A stretch of DNA of 63,325 nucleotides, the filler included, from Thraustochytrium aureum (lineage: Eukaryota), in NCBI GenBank assembly GCA_012862495.1. It is 8 parts of 5 records of this genome, joined end to end, with 100 filler letters (N's around TTAATTAATTAA, not from the genome) between each part and the next. Parts side by side here need not be neighbours in the genome. Positions count along the whole stretch, not along the records: positions 33,484 to 43,589 come from BLSG01000361.1; positions 43,690 to 47,786 come from BLSG01000362.1; positions 47,887 to 62,022 come from BLSG01000363.1; 5 more parts are not named here. One strand, 5' to 3'. Shown one piece after another: positions 36,526 to 47,909 of the stretch. Position numbers and translations under genes: made by a program. The notes beneath the pieces are model-generated. The model saw only the letters and a list, made by a program, of their open reading frames with translations, ran no database searches and was not told the origin of the DNA. Positions within the stretch are counted from its first letter, which is position 1. Each line of letters starts with the position of its first letter.

Positions 36526-38455
36526 TCATTTTGTGGGATGGTCGGCGCTGTCGTCATGCACCTTGTTAAGAAGACTCTCGAAAATCGGCTTCGGGCGCGC
36601 AAAGTCCCTGTCGGGTCCAATCTCGGAGCGCAGCTTCGAAGACGAGCCCGTCACCATGTGGTCGCTCGTGTAGCGAGAGCCAACTGCACCGGAGTTCCAC
36701 CTGGCGTAAAAACACATAGCAGCTTGCCCATGATGGCGAGCCCAGGTTTGCGCGCCAGTGCGCCGCGGACCATGTACACTCAGTTTCTGTCCAGGGCAGT
36801 CGACGACTCCTTCAAACATGCGGTTGTAGAGGCGATCCCAAGTGCTGAGGCGCATGGGGATCTGCAGGAAGGCCACCGTAGTTCTATTCTCGACAGCCTT
36901 CGATCCAATCGGCTCGCGGAAAAGGAACCCGGCGTTGCGACCGGTGATTGCGAGAAGGGTGAGGAGATGCCGAACTGGGCAGAGCTCGGGGTCCTCGGGG
37001 ATGGCCCAAAGGGTCATGGTCGTTGGAATCGCGTTCTTTGTCTTGAGGAGGTAGACTTCCATGTGCACGAATTCGGGCAAGTGCGTGTCTCCGCAATCCA
37101 AAAAGGTGCAGTCGGGCGGAATCTGGAGGCCTTCGATGCGAATGTTGAGTGACTCGTGCGCTCGGAGCATCAGGTCCTTTGCGATGAGATAGTGCGCATA
37201 GATTTGCTTGTGAAGCACCACGTTTTTCCAAAGGAAGGTGGATCGCAAGGCTCTCACGACCTGCGGTCGAGTTGCGGCACCTGCGTGGACCTCGCTACGA
37301 CGGCAGGCTGTCGAAAGGTGCTTCAAGAGGCAGGACACGACGCGGTGCTTGGCCGTATTCATCGATTTGCCTGCCAATGGACCAGAGGTGAAAGTCATCT
37401 CGTCCGCCCAGCCACGCTGCTTGTTCATGAAGCTGAACGTGTCACGAACACGGATGATCGAGGACTTGGACTGTCCAAGTCCCTCCAACCGAGCAAAATT
37501 TGCGTTTGCTGAAGTGCTTCCAAGCTGCTGGTGGCCAATCGACTCGCCCTTTGGCGTCCCAACAATCTTGAGCGCGACAAGGATGACCGGAACCGGAACC
37601 GGCCCCTGTTTGAGGCTCACGTCGTCCCAGGCAAAGCCTGCCAGGATAACCCGCTTGACCAAGCTCCAGTAGCTAGTGGTTAAAGCGAGCTGCGTGTCAA
37701 GACTCGCGTTTGTCCTGCCATCCACCGCGCCGTCTCCCTCTGCAAGCTGCTCTGCCATCTGGTTCAGTTCCTCGTTTCCGATCGAACTGCGCAGCATTCT
37801 CAAAGACTCTGTCCGCAAGGCGAAAAGCTCAGACTCGGTCAGAGGGGATGCAGCCTTTCCAAGTTCCTTGAGCTCAGATACAAGTTGTTCAACGTCGACG
37901 TCAGCCGCTTCTTCGTCGTCGCCCTCGTCTACCACCTCACCTTCGTCACTCTCGCGCATCTCTTCCTCCTCCTCTTCCTCCTCCTCTTCCTCCTCCTCTT
38001 CCTCCTCGTCGTCATCCTCCTCCTCGTCATCCTCCTCGTCGTCATCCTCGTCATCGCCGTCATCCTCGTCATCGCCGTCCTCACCCTCGTCGTCACCCTC
38101 CTCATCCTCCTTGGCATCGCCGTCGTCTGCAAGAACAACATCATCAGGTGCAGCACCGCCAAGGCCCCCACCATCCAGGACCTTGTGTTGAACAGGAACT
38201 GGCGCTGGTGCCGCATCCCGCGATGCGCTCAATTTGGGACGTTTATCGGCTCGAGCCGGACGTGCGTGGCCACTGTCGTCGCCAGCATCACCATCACTGC
38301 GGCGGCCACCTCCATCTGGAGAAGCGTGTTGTTGATCAAGAGAAGATCCAGATGCCCTACTCCTTTTTGTTGGGCGTCTGTCTGCGCGACATCGTTCGCG
38401 CGTTGCCGGACTGCCCACTATCCACACCGATGGCAAGAGGCTGCTCGGTAGTCAT
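36526..38455 (-). mobile_element. Crypton-like tyrosine recombinase with an acidic N-terminal tract
   Basis: Complete catalytic set in order: R (LMLRAHE), K (LKTKN), CPVRHLL, HxxR (HGPRRTGA), W (ARW), Y (SRYTSD). No RT or RNase H on the scaffold. Probable ATG at 38455 with a homopolymer slip at ~38365; the first in-frame ATG is at 37959. Confidence 0.8.
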
Positions 38456-40289
38456 AGGCGCATGGGGTTGTTGACGCCTGGTGCGGGGAAGTATCTCACA
38501 TCCACATGCAGCTCCAGCAGGAGCAGGTGCTGCTCCTTCTGCCGCCGGTAGAGCAGCTTGCCGACCACCGACCCCGTCCTGTGACGAAGGCATGACCCAG
38601 CTCGGAAGGCAAACGGCCGACAGGTTCCGGTCGTCGTTGTCTCCTGGAGCAGCTGCGTCGCCCGCCCTGCTCGGTCCGGCTGGCTGGTGGCTACTAGCAG
38701 CTTCCCGACTGCTTGCGCCTGCCCGCACGCACGCCTTCTCCCTTGCTCGTGCCTGCTCGAGCCCGGAAGGCCAAGCAAGCTTGCGACCTGCGCCAACCTC
38801 CGGCACCACGTGCAGGAGCTGCGCGCTCTCGCGAAGGCAAACGAAGCGGTCGACAGCTCCACGGCCTGTGCGACTCGCTGCGGGTTTGGGAGCGCTGCGC
38901 TCTCTGTTCTCTGGCGGCGAGTTGTGTGGGTGGGTGGGTGGGTGGGTGGTGCTCAACCTGCTCGAGTGCAACCAGCTCTGCGAAGCAGGCAAGAGTTGGA
39001 GAAACGGAGCCATGATGACCGTCGCGCCAAAGCCTTGCGCCGCCGAGGCGCGCGTGGGCGCATATTTCGCCTCGTCAAATCCTTTGAAATGTGTTTGATT
39101 GAGGGCAGAGGAGGAAGCAAGCCAGTGCGGAGCTCCGTTTGGTTGAGGGACGGGACCCCCCACGGCGCTAGGCTAACACAACTTTGGCCTTGCTTCGTAA
39201 GATCTCGCTGGTTTGCTCGAAAAGGGCGAGGTAGAGCTCAACGGCATGGTCGCGAACGGTGTTCCGTCGTGCGATGCTCGCGTGGTCTGCAAGCTACCGA
39301 CCCAAGACGAGACGAAACGTGAAACGTGAAGCGGAGTCAAACGATCTCCATCGACGACGTCAAGAGCCCTGCGAGCGACGAACGAGTGGGTATGAGCGCG
39401 CAAAAAGCGGCACGTTGGCGCCAAGCGAGCTCCAAGATGCCCGCCAAGACCAAATATCTCGAGACAGCGCGGCAGAACAATCTCAGTCCTTGACGAGCCA
39501 CTGTAAGATTACTCCGCGCGAAACGTTCAATGAGGGCTCCGGAGGCACCACAAAGACACACCCGAACGGCCGGCTCGGGGATTTTCAGGAGCGCGATCAT
39601 TCAATCCCTCGTTCTCTGGCCGCCCGTACGCGACTGCTCACGCGTACTCGGAACGCCAACAGCGCAAGTGGTGGTAAGTTGGGCGCCGCGTTAAGGCACG
39701 ACGGCGTTTTCCTGCGCCGCGTGGAGGACAAGGCCACGGCGGTGCGCTTTCATTTGGCCCTTATCCAGTTCGAAAGGAGCCAAGTCTGAGGTGGACTTGA
39801 CGCAAGGACCGCTTCCTCGCGTCGAGCGGTGGGCGGCCGGCTTGCCGGTTTCCTGGGGGATGTACCGATAGCCCGATTTATGCGGGGGCTGGTCAAGAAT
39901 GAATGCTCTGGCGTGTGATGTTGTGTTTCGCGGCTCGCGTTAACCGTTTCAACGCACACAGCGCACCTCGCGATATCCAAAAAAACGTCCACCAACAAGC
40001 AACTACTCTACTCTGCTGCACTCTGCTGCACGAAGGACGGTGTGAGCCGTTCGCGAGCGGCGAAGCGGCCACCGCCTAGCTCAAATGATCGAAAAGTGCA
40101 ACGGTGGAATGGGTAGGTAGGTGGTGATTGCAGAGACTGCACAAAGTAATGAAGGGAGTGGCCTTTGGAATCAGGCGAGAGTGTCGGATTCGCTGATTTC
40201 ACACCATCAAAGGCGAGGTCGATGTGAACCACCCGAAACAAAGCAATGAGCAATCGATTCATTGGTCAAGGAATCAGTGTTTCGCGACC

Positions 40290-43214
40290 TCATTGGGCCT
40301 TTTCACTTGCGGCCCCACTTTTGTCGGCTCGCGCGGAGCCGCTACTCTCAGCTGCTTGCTCCGCCGCCTTGCTCAGCCGCCTTGCAGCCGCTACTGAGAG
40401 CGATACCCAACCGGTACGTTCCTCCCTGAAGACTGCCTCCGTTTCCGCCACCAACGCTCGAACGGCCGGTGCGGTCCTACGCTCCACGGGGTCCAGCGAG
40501 CGCCACCACAGGAGCACGGCGTCGAGTTGCGCTAGAGATGCAGTGTAGCGGCGGAGCTTGGCTGCGCTAGCCTGGAACTGACCAAGAGCAGTGGCTGCCG
40601 ACGAAATCGCAGTGGCGATCGCTGCCCATGAGCCGAGCCTCGTAAAGGCTAACATAGACGTCGCCAAGGAGCCTGCCACTATCGTCGCTTCCATGGCAAC
40701 TCTCCACGCGCTGTGCTTGGGAATGCGGCTGCGGTAAAAGTCCACCATGGGCTTGGCCCGGAGAGCCAAGTAGCGCTCTGCCGAAAGTGGCGAGTGAAAG
40801 TCGTCTTGTTCATGATTGTTGCTGGGGACCACGGTTGCCATCGCTCTGCCCACAGCAGCGCTTGTAGCCTTCACTAACGGGGCGTGCTGCCCGTGGCGAG
40901 CCCAGAGCGCATGGTGACTGCTGTCAACGTGCACCAGGCCGTCGAACAGGCGCGTGAAACGCATTGCGATAGATCCGGTTTCCACTGCCGAAGCTTTCTG
41001 TGCTGCCATGCTGATCTGCATCACAGCGTCTCGCAAGAGCCGGGCGACCTCGAGCTCGTGGCTTTGGCTTTTCGTTTCGAAACGCCCTGTCCTTGTGCGA
41101 AATTCGTAGATCTCTGCTTCGATTTCATGCGCTGCGGAACGCAGCAACTGCCACTTGGCCACGGGGTTCGCGAAGGCGATGCCAGCTGAAATGGCAGAGG
41201 CAAGACTCCCAAGCACCATAACGCTCGCATCCAGGCCTCCAGGCGGAAGCAACTCTGGTCTGTTGAGCGAAATGGTAGTCAGCATGGCCACGAGCACAGA
41301 AATAAGGAGGAGCAACACGTACGACACCTTGGCAATCCGCTTTGAGTTGTTTGCCTCCTGTGAATACATGTCCACCTTGTCCCAGCTCGATTGCAAGACG
41401 CGCATGCATTCGATCGAGTTGTCATGCGGGAGCCGGTCCGCAATGGCGACAACGCTGGCTAGGCGCTTGATCTTCGGCAGGTCATCCAGATTCGCGGAGA
41501 ACATCCGCTCCGAGAGCAGTCCGTGACGAACGCTTGCATGAGCCTCCCAGTTCGCGCTCCGCCAGATCCTTTGCCAGCTGACACAAAGAGCCCTCCCGTA
41601 GCGGCTGCGCCAGTGCCTCGAGCAGCGCTTCTCGTACGTCGTCAAGCGCGACGCCGTCAGCAAGCTCGATCAGGGGCCGCTGTGAGGTTCTCCAAGCCTC
41701 CGGGTCACGAATTAACGACGCGGGCATGAACTGAATGATTCGTGCAGTGTGCATGGGCGCCAACTCCAATCCGACGCCCTTTTCGAGGCACTCGCGAAGC
41801 TCAGCCACCGTGTTCGCTGTTTGCACGGCAGTGATGATAGCACTTGTGGCTTGTCTGCTGAACTCTCTTTCTGCGACGCCGAGCTGGTGAATGCACTCTA
41901 TCAACGTCGTAACGATGAAAGTCGCCATGCGGTCGGCTAGCCACTCGACTGCCACTTTCTCGTGATCAACCACGTCGCTAATTTGCTGCTCCTGCTGGAT
42001 CTGCGTCGACAAAACCTCATAAATCGACTTGCCGCGCAGCTGAACCACCTTTTGGCCTCGACCTATGTCATTGCGAAACTTGCTCAGAACCTGGTGAGCG
42101 AAGGCCAGCATGGACGCCTCGTATTTGTCCACTTGACGGCCTCGCTGCTTTAGCGCGTCAGCTACAGCTCCACACCTGTCTTGAACGCATCAAACGCGTC
42201 GTCTCCAGTTTTGAAAGGCGGGATCGAGTCCAGGTCAACACCGCCCCGGTTCTCCCTCGTGTGCGAGTCAAGCAAGATCATTGGAAGACCCGCGCCGGTA
42301 AAACTTGCCACAGGAGAATTCCGGAGGCACCACTGAAACCCAAGCGTCTGGAATGCCACGTTCGGGAGCTTGACGGCCAATTGTTCAGTTAATAAGCGGG
42401 AAACGTTAAACATTCCATCATACGAGACTTTCATGTTGCCAGTCGCCAGGTCTCGTTGGAGCCCATCGCAGATGATAAAGTGGGTTGCAAATTGGGGCGG
42501 TTCGACGTTCGTTACCACCGTACCAGATGAGCGCGCTGCAGCAACCTTCGCTACATCTCCTGCAACGTTCCGCCAACGCATACTGCCCTCGCGGAGAGCG
42601 TAGGCCACAGAGCCTGGCCGGTTCGCCGACGCAGCCATCAGCTCAGCCTGGCCCACAGAGAGCACATAAAAAGGCAGTTTGCCTCCGTGTTTGATGGCGA
42701 CCAGTCCACACAGCCGTGAGAATGTGCTGGAGAAAGAACAGGTGATGTCTTGGGTAACTACCAGTGCGTGCGTCTGGATCGCGAGCGGCACAACGCACTC
42801 ATCCAAAAACCGCCCGAGCCGCAGCTCCGTCTGTTTCATACCTTCCGCTCCGTCTGGCTCTGATGTGTAGTACCCGTCGCGCGGGTCCACGCGGCCAGTA
42901 CTCTTAAACACCTTGAACCAGTTGCTTTCCAGAGGTGCGTGCCTGAACTCGTGAATGAACGCCTTCGAGTTGCATAGTGAAATCAGAAGCTTGGGCCTTG
43001 GGTTCAAGTCCAGCACCTCCATGAAGCGCTCTATGCGGCCCTCCAGCTTGAGCGAGAGCGCCTGTCGCTCAGTCAGAAACATGAGCTTCACCTCACGGTC
43101 AACTCCGCCATGGCGCACCGGTACCGTCTCGACCAGCGACAGCGTGCGAACCTCCAAGTCCTCGAGCGCTTCGCGAAGCCCGGTGGCGGCCTCGGCGACG
43201 TTCCTGCTCGCCAT
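40290..43214 (-). CDS. SLOG/LSDAT-like domain fused to two SLATT (DUF4231-type) 2TM effector domains; one gene split by two frameshifts (~42180, ~41560)
   Basis: N-terminal alpha/beta region PRPKLLISL...FLDECVVPLAIQTHALVV...GLPMILLDS. SLATT 1: 2 TM + NPVAKWQLLRSAAHEIEAEIYEFRTRTGRF. SLATT 2: YLALRAKPMVDFY + 2 TM + LLWWRSL...LVAETEAVFREERTGW. The frames overlap and rejoin with single-base shifts. Confidence 0.7.
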
Positions 43215-43689
43215 GGCTCGCTCACTCGCCGATGGCGTGTGATGACCAACAACGCAGTCGCGCTGCCGTATGCCAACCAAACTCCTTTCTCTTCGAGGTA
43301 TGCTTACTTCGGAGCGCGCGGCACGCTTCTGCAGAGCGCTCGCTGCTCCGAGTCCAACAGACACGGACTCAACGGCCTCATCGAGGCTCGGTGAAATCAC
43401 TTGGCCCTCCGGCAGACTCCTACAAGCAATTGATTCCCCATCTCCTATTGTCCCGAGGGGCGTTGCACATCAAGGCAAGCCTGAAGGCGCGCCAACTGCG
43501 ACGCGTCCAGCTCGCGGACCTTCTTCGCAGGAGCAGAATGAATTCTTTCATGAGGCTCCGCCACTGTGGTTTCAATTATCGTGCCAGCTNNNNNNNNNNN
43601 NNNNNNNNNNNNNNNNNNNNNNNNNNNNNNNNNTTAATTAATTAANNNNNNNNNNNNNNNNNNNNNNNNNNNNNNNNNNNNNNNNNNNN

Positions 43690-46600
43690 CACACAGTCTA
43701 TGTAACTGGGGGACAAAAAACGGTGCAGTGCCCATTTACGAAAATTCGATGCTCAGCTAGCTACAGCGCTGCTGGCTTGGGGTCCAACGCGCGGTCGCCA
43801 GAAAACTCCAACGCCGCAGTCGCGACGGCACGAACGCGCCGCACTCGGCGCCAAGGTGAGAAACAAGGTGCCAGGCACCTTGGAGGCCTATACGGGCCGG
43901 CAAACACAAGCAGAGCGCGAGCTGCCGCGGTCGCGTTGCTCTGGGGCGGCGGCGCGCAACCTCTATCTTCTTCTCGTGGACACCAGCTCCGATACAGCCA
44001 TGCCAAAGTCTTGCGAGTGCAGGCTTGGCAGGTGCGAGAGCCACGCTGACGAGTGCAGGCGCCATTGTCCGGTGTGCAGGCCAACGCCTGGCAAGCGTGG
44101 CAGAAAGCGTAAAGGCGACAATTCCGCCGCAGCACCGCGCAAGACGCGACACCGTGGGGCGGCAGCAACTCAGCCACTAGTTGAAGTCGACGAGCACGTG
44201 GGGCTGACATTTGAACACCACGAAGAAGGCCCACACGTTGATGTGCTGGCTGCACCACTCGTCGCCAACCAAAGTGAGAAACCAACGCGAGACCTCTTCT
44301 TCCACTTCGGGTTGAAAGAATCCAATATTCGCCACTTTCCGTCGGCCTCGCGCCGGAGAGACGGAGATCTGAATGAGGGTTCGTGGAACTTGGTGGTTGG
44401 GGCGGCGTCAAAGATCATTCAGTCTGTTGCGACCACACTGTTCGAAGCTGACCCTGTAGCTCTTTTGCGAGCGGCACTCTCGACGATTTGGCAATCCTCA
44501 ACCGTTGAGGATGAGGTGAAGCTCTTAGCGACAAACGCGCTTAGAATGCTTCGCGCAAGCAAGCGCCAATCTCTTGAACGCAGGGTTTTGACGGCGTTGG
44601 CAAGCATGTCTTTCTCTGAACGTCGTCTACGAGACCTGGGCGAGGCTCTAACTGGTAGGCCAGCGGGCGTTCGTGGACAGCGCCACGCACGCGGAGTTTC
44701 GGATGCAGCCACCATCATGAGCGGCAAGAAGATTGCCATTGTGAAACACCGGAGGGAGCGCTTCAGCACAGCATCTGCTATCGTCGCGCTTGAGTTCATC
44801 CTTGATTCAAGCAATGTCTGCATCCTGTCCTGGGGGAGCAAGACCGTTCGCCTGACCAAAGAAGAGTGCGTCACACTCCCATCGTTGATTCGGAAACGCA
44901 GCCAAACTAGCCTTTGGAAGTCCTACAAGGAGATGGTCGAGACGCCTTCAACCGAGGATGCCCCCCCGCCGCTTGGACGTGCAACTATCTTTGGCATTGT
45001 CAAACTTGTGACGGGTGGCCAAAAGCACGCTCTCACCGCTGTGAACTACCAGCTTGGAGAACTGGTATACGACAACTTCAAGCTCGTCGGCCGGATAATC
45101 GAGCTCTACACCTCGCCTGCGCGAGGAGCACGCTCGCAGCTGCAGCTTCTTGCAACCCTGGCGAGTAACTTTCTCAAGGTCCAGTATTCAGTTCATGCGA
45201 CATTGGCTGACGACTCCAACAGTGTCTGCTCGCACGGCGTCGTCTACGGCTTGCGAGATCCCGAAGGCGTAGCGGAGAAGAAACACATGGAGTGCAATGG
45301 GTGCCGGTTCCCTCTGCACTTTTTCGACACGCTTCGGAATCAAGTGCGCCGTTTTTTTGACGAGAATGCGGAAGATCTGAGCGAGACACGCCCAGGTGTT
45401 GATCTGGAGCACGTATTGTCTACCATTGACCGCTGCGAGGCAAAGACGTTGTTGTGGCGCGGTCTCTGCGTCAGGGTTGCCAACCAGCAGCGCGCAATTG
45501 CCGCGATTCACGAAGAGATGGAAGAACGTTGTTTGGCTGAGAAGGCCGTCAAGCCGAAGGAGGCCGTTGTGGTGATGGACTATAAGATGAAGTTCAACCC
45601 GCACTACTTTCGCCAGAAGAGCGCTGAACACTTCGGAAAGCGCGGCATCTCTTGGCACGGCTTCCTTGTGGTCTTCTGCATCTATGACGAAGGAGAGAAA
45701 AAGGTACGTCGCGAGAACGTCTACTGTGACCAAATTGTCTCACGCAGCAATCGACAAGACGGCCTTGCTGTGGCTGCGCTGGTGGAGGCGTTTTTGCGCC
45801 AGCTCAAGGGGACCGAGTTTTTTGCAGACCTGGAGCGCGTGAGTATCCAATCCGACAACGCACCGTACTATCACGCGCAATACTTGCTACTGGCTTTACC
45901 ATACGCTGGTTTTCTGGCTGGGGTTGAAGTGGTTCGATACATCCATACTGAATCATGCGATGGGAAGGGACTCATCGACGCGCACTTTGCGATGGGCATG
46001 CGGAAGGTTTTAAAATATGTCGGAGAGGGCAAAGACGTATCCAGCCCGGAGGCGCTTTTCGATGCTCTGTCCAGCGACATGGGCGTTCCGAACTCGTTTG
46101 TGCAACTGGTAAAGCTCGACCGCGAGCTTTTGAATCAAAGGCTCAAGCACCACGAGCAAGGCGTCCTTGCGGGCGCTTTCAGATCGATTGGTCGCAAGAA
46201 TGAGATACGCTACCGCTTCACCCCATATCCGGAGGACCCCGACAATTACACCTCTTGCGGAGACCCGTTCATGTGCGGCACGGTCGACCTCAGCGCTTGG
46301 ACGTACTCTGGCGTGGATGCACCCACTCAATTCATGGCAGACCCGCGCGCTGGCAAGACGATTGAGTTCACTCCAACACCTGCAGGGTCTGGTGATGAGG
46401 GTGACGAGGATAGCACTTACGACGAGTCCGGCGAGAGCGACGACAACACTAGCTATGACGGCCGTCTTTCCGAGGTGCCTGCCCCTACAGGTTCCGCAAG
46501 CGACACGGAGGTGAGCGCTCGTGATGTTGGTTTCGGGGCAAGCATGCAAGCGCTGACCGTGCTCCGTGAGCTGCGACATGAAGTTCAGAAGAGAACCCGC

Positions 46601-47747
46601 GCCATGCAACAACGGCTTGGCTCAAGTCTTGTCGATGTGACCGAGAACGACGATGTCGTTGCCGGACTACAAGAACTGCAGGACGCAGCTGTTGGGGCAC
46701 CCTTTGAAGAGGGTCTGAGCGGGGCAAGCAGTGACAGTGACGAGAGCGATGCAAGTGACAGTGCAACCGAGCAAAACAAACGCTCACAAATTGGAGAGTC
46801 GATCAGACAGTCAAAACGAAGGGACGTGCTTGCCTTTTGCGTGCGTCACGTTGACGAGGTCTTGCGGAGCACCTCGATCGGGTTTGAGATTCGCAACGGG
46901 AGGGAAGACCAGCCTGAGTATGCTGATGCGGAAGCTTTGGACCTGACGGGACGATTGCTAAAGCCAGGCTGGGCAAGACGTCCAAAACGTGGCAAGACTT
47001 TTGGGGAGACAGCAGCAGCACCGTACTACCCGAAAATCGCCAAATTTTTCGCTGAGGAGGGCGATGACAAGCAGGCCGCGCCGTGGATGCTTGAACGGCT
47101 CGTCAGAGACCCCACATTGTTTCATAGGCTTGACCACCCAACCGAATCGGAGGTCACGAGGGTCATCAACAGGCTCGTAAGCTACAAGGGTCGTTGCATA
47201 GCGAAAGGCACAGTGCCGGACTATGAAGCTTACTTTGACGGCATCACGACGACAGGGAAAGCATTCGACAATCCTCGGACGGGAGGAGACTTGCTTGCGG
47301 CAAGTGGAATGGGAGAGGCATCAAACCGCGTTGGACGTGGTGCAGGGCCGAGGTCACAGCTGCCGGCCGACCAGGAATCCTTCATCAACACGGTTTTGGA
47401 TCGTGACCTTACTTCAAAGCCACGAGATGTTCTTAAAGCAGCTCTAGCTCAGCTTTCGGACGCCGCGACGGCTCTGGCGGATGATACTGCTCGCGCTCGA
47501 TTCATGCGACGAGTGGGGAACGTTAAAAATAGGAAAAGAAAGGAGTTGAGGTGATGACCATTCGGAGTGACAGTGCGGCCTAGCCGCTGGGCGATGGCGG
47601 CCCAAACTTGCTCACGGACCGTTCCAACCCCATTGGAGCCATGGGGGCCACTCGTTGCTGCCTGGGCGGTAGCGTGGCTGAACTTCGCCGGAGGGGGCTG
47701 CACCATATTTTGTTAGTAAATGTCCCCCAGTTACATAGACTCTGTGC
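43690..47747 (+). mobile_element. Near-complete DNA transposon with terminal inverted repeats (Sola3-like), ~4.06 kb
   Basis: Left TIR CACACAGTCTATGTAACTGGGGGACA (43690-43715) matches the reverse complement of 47721-47746 at 25 of 26 positions. The right end is followed by C then TTAA (47748-47751). The left flank is lost in the spacer. Confidence 0.88.
44000..47554 (+). CDS. DDD transposase (Sola3-like) with N-terminal Cys/His cluster
   Basis: ATG at 44000 (MPKSCECRLGRCESHADECRRHCPVC). H..C.H..C..C region. Motifs VMDYKMKF, FGKRGISWHG, QSDNAPYYH and GKGLIDAHF (40 residues between the second and third Asp). C-terminal GWA motif. Uninterrupted ORF. Confidence 0.82.
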   Translation: MPKSCECRLGRCESHADECRRHCPVCRPTPGKRGRKRKGDNSAAAPRKTRHRGAAATQPLVEVDEHVGLTFEHHEEGPHVDVLAAPLVANQSEKPTRDLFFHFGLKESNIRHFPSASRRRDGDLNEGSWNLVVGAASKIIQSVATTLFEADPVALLRAALSTIWQSSTVEDEVKLLATNALRMLRASKRQSLERRVLTALASMSFSERRLRDLGEALTGRPAGVRGQRHARGVSDAATIMSGKKIAIVKHRRERFSTASAIVALEFILDSSNVCILSWGSKTVRLTKEECVTLPSLIRKRSQTSLWKSYKEMVETPSTEDAPPPLGRATIFGIVKLVTGGQKHALTAVNYQLGELVYDNFKLVGRIIELYTSPARGARSQLQLLATLASNFLKVQYSVHATLADDSNSVCSHGVVYGLRDPEGVAEKKHMECNGCRFPLHFFDTLRNQVRRFFDENAEDLSETRPGVDLEHVLSTIDRCEAKTLLWRGLCVRVANQQRAIAAIHEEMEERCLAEKAVKPKEAVVVMDYKMKFNPHYFRQKSAEHFGKRGISWHGFLVVFCIYDEGEKKVRRENVYCDQIVSRSNRQDGLAVAALVEAFLRQLKGTEFFADLERVSIQSDNAPYYHAQYLLLALPYAGFLAGVEVVRYIHTESCDGKGLIDAHFAMGMRKVLKYVGEGKDVSSPEALFDALSSDMGVPNSFVQLVKLDRELLNQRLKHHEQGVLAGAFRSIGRKNEIRYRFTPYPEDPDNYTSCGDPFMCGTVDLSAWTYSGVDAPTQFMADPRAGKTIEFTPTPAGSGDEGDEDSTYDESGESDDNTSYDGRLSEVPAPTGSASDTEVSARDVGFGASMQALTVLRELRHEVQKRTRAMQQRLGSSLVDVTENDDVVAGLQELQDAAVGAPFEEGLSGASSDSDESDASDSATEQNKRSQIGESIRQSKRRDVLAFCVRHVDEVLRSTSIGFEIRNGREDQPEYADAEALDLTGRLLKPGWARRPKRGKTFGETAAAPYYPKIAKFFAEEGDDKQAAPWMLERLVRDPTLFHRLDHPTESEVTRVINRLVSYKGRCIAKGTVPDYEAYFDGITTTGKAFDNPRTGGDLLAASGMGEASNRVGRGAGPRSQLPADQESFINTVLDRDLTSKPRDVLKAALAQLSDAATALADDTARARFMRRVGNVKNRKRKELR

Positions 47748-47909
47748 TTAAGTAGAGCTAGAGCTAGCTAGCTAGCCTCAGTCTCANNNNNNNNNNNNNN
47801 NNNNNNNNNNNNNNNNNNNNNNNNNNNNNNTTAATTAATTAANNNNNNNNNNNNNNNNNNNNNNNNNNNNNNNNNNNNNNNNNNNNAGATGACCAAACCC
47901 GTCGAGTGT

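Noticed and set aside
36050..39985. Weak inverted similarity (TTTTTGGAT..GAAACGGTT at ~36055 versus AACCGTTTC..ATCCAAAAA at ~39942) as ends of the YR element
   Set aside because: Only two 9-bp patches with different spacing, and Cryptons are not expected to have TIRs. Compatible with chance.
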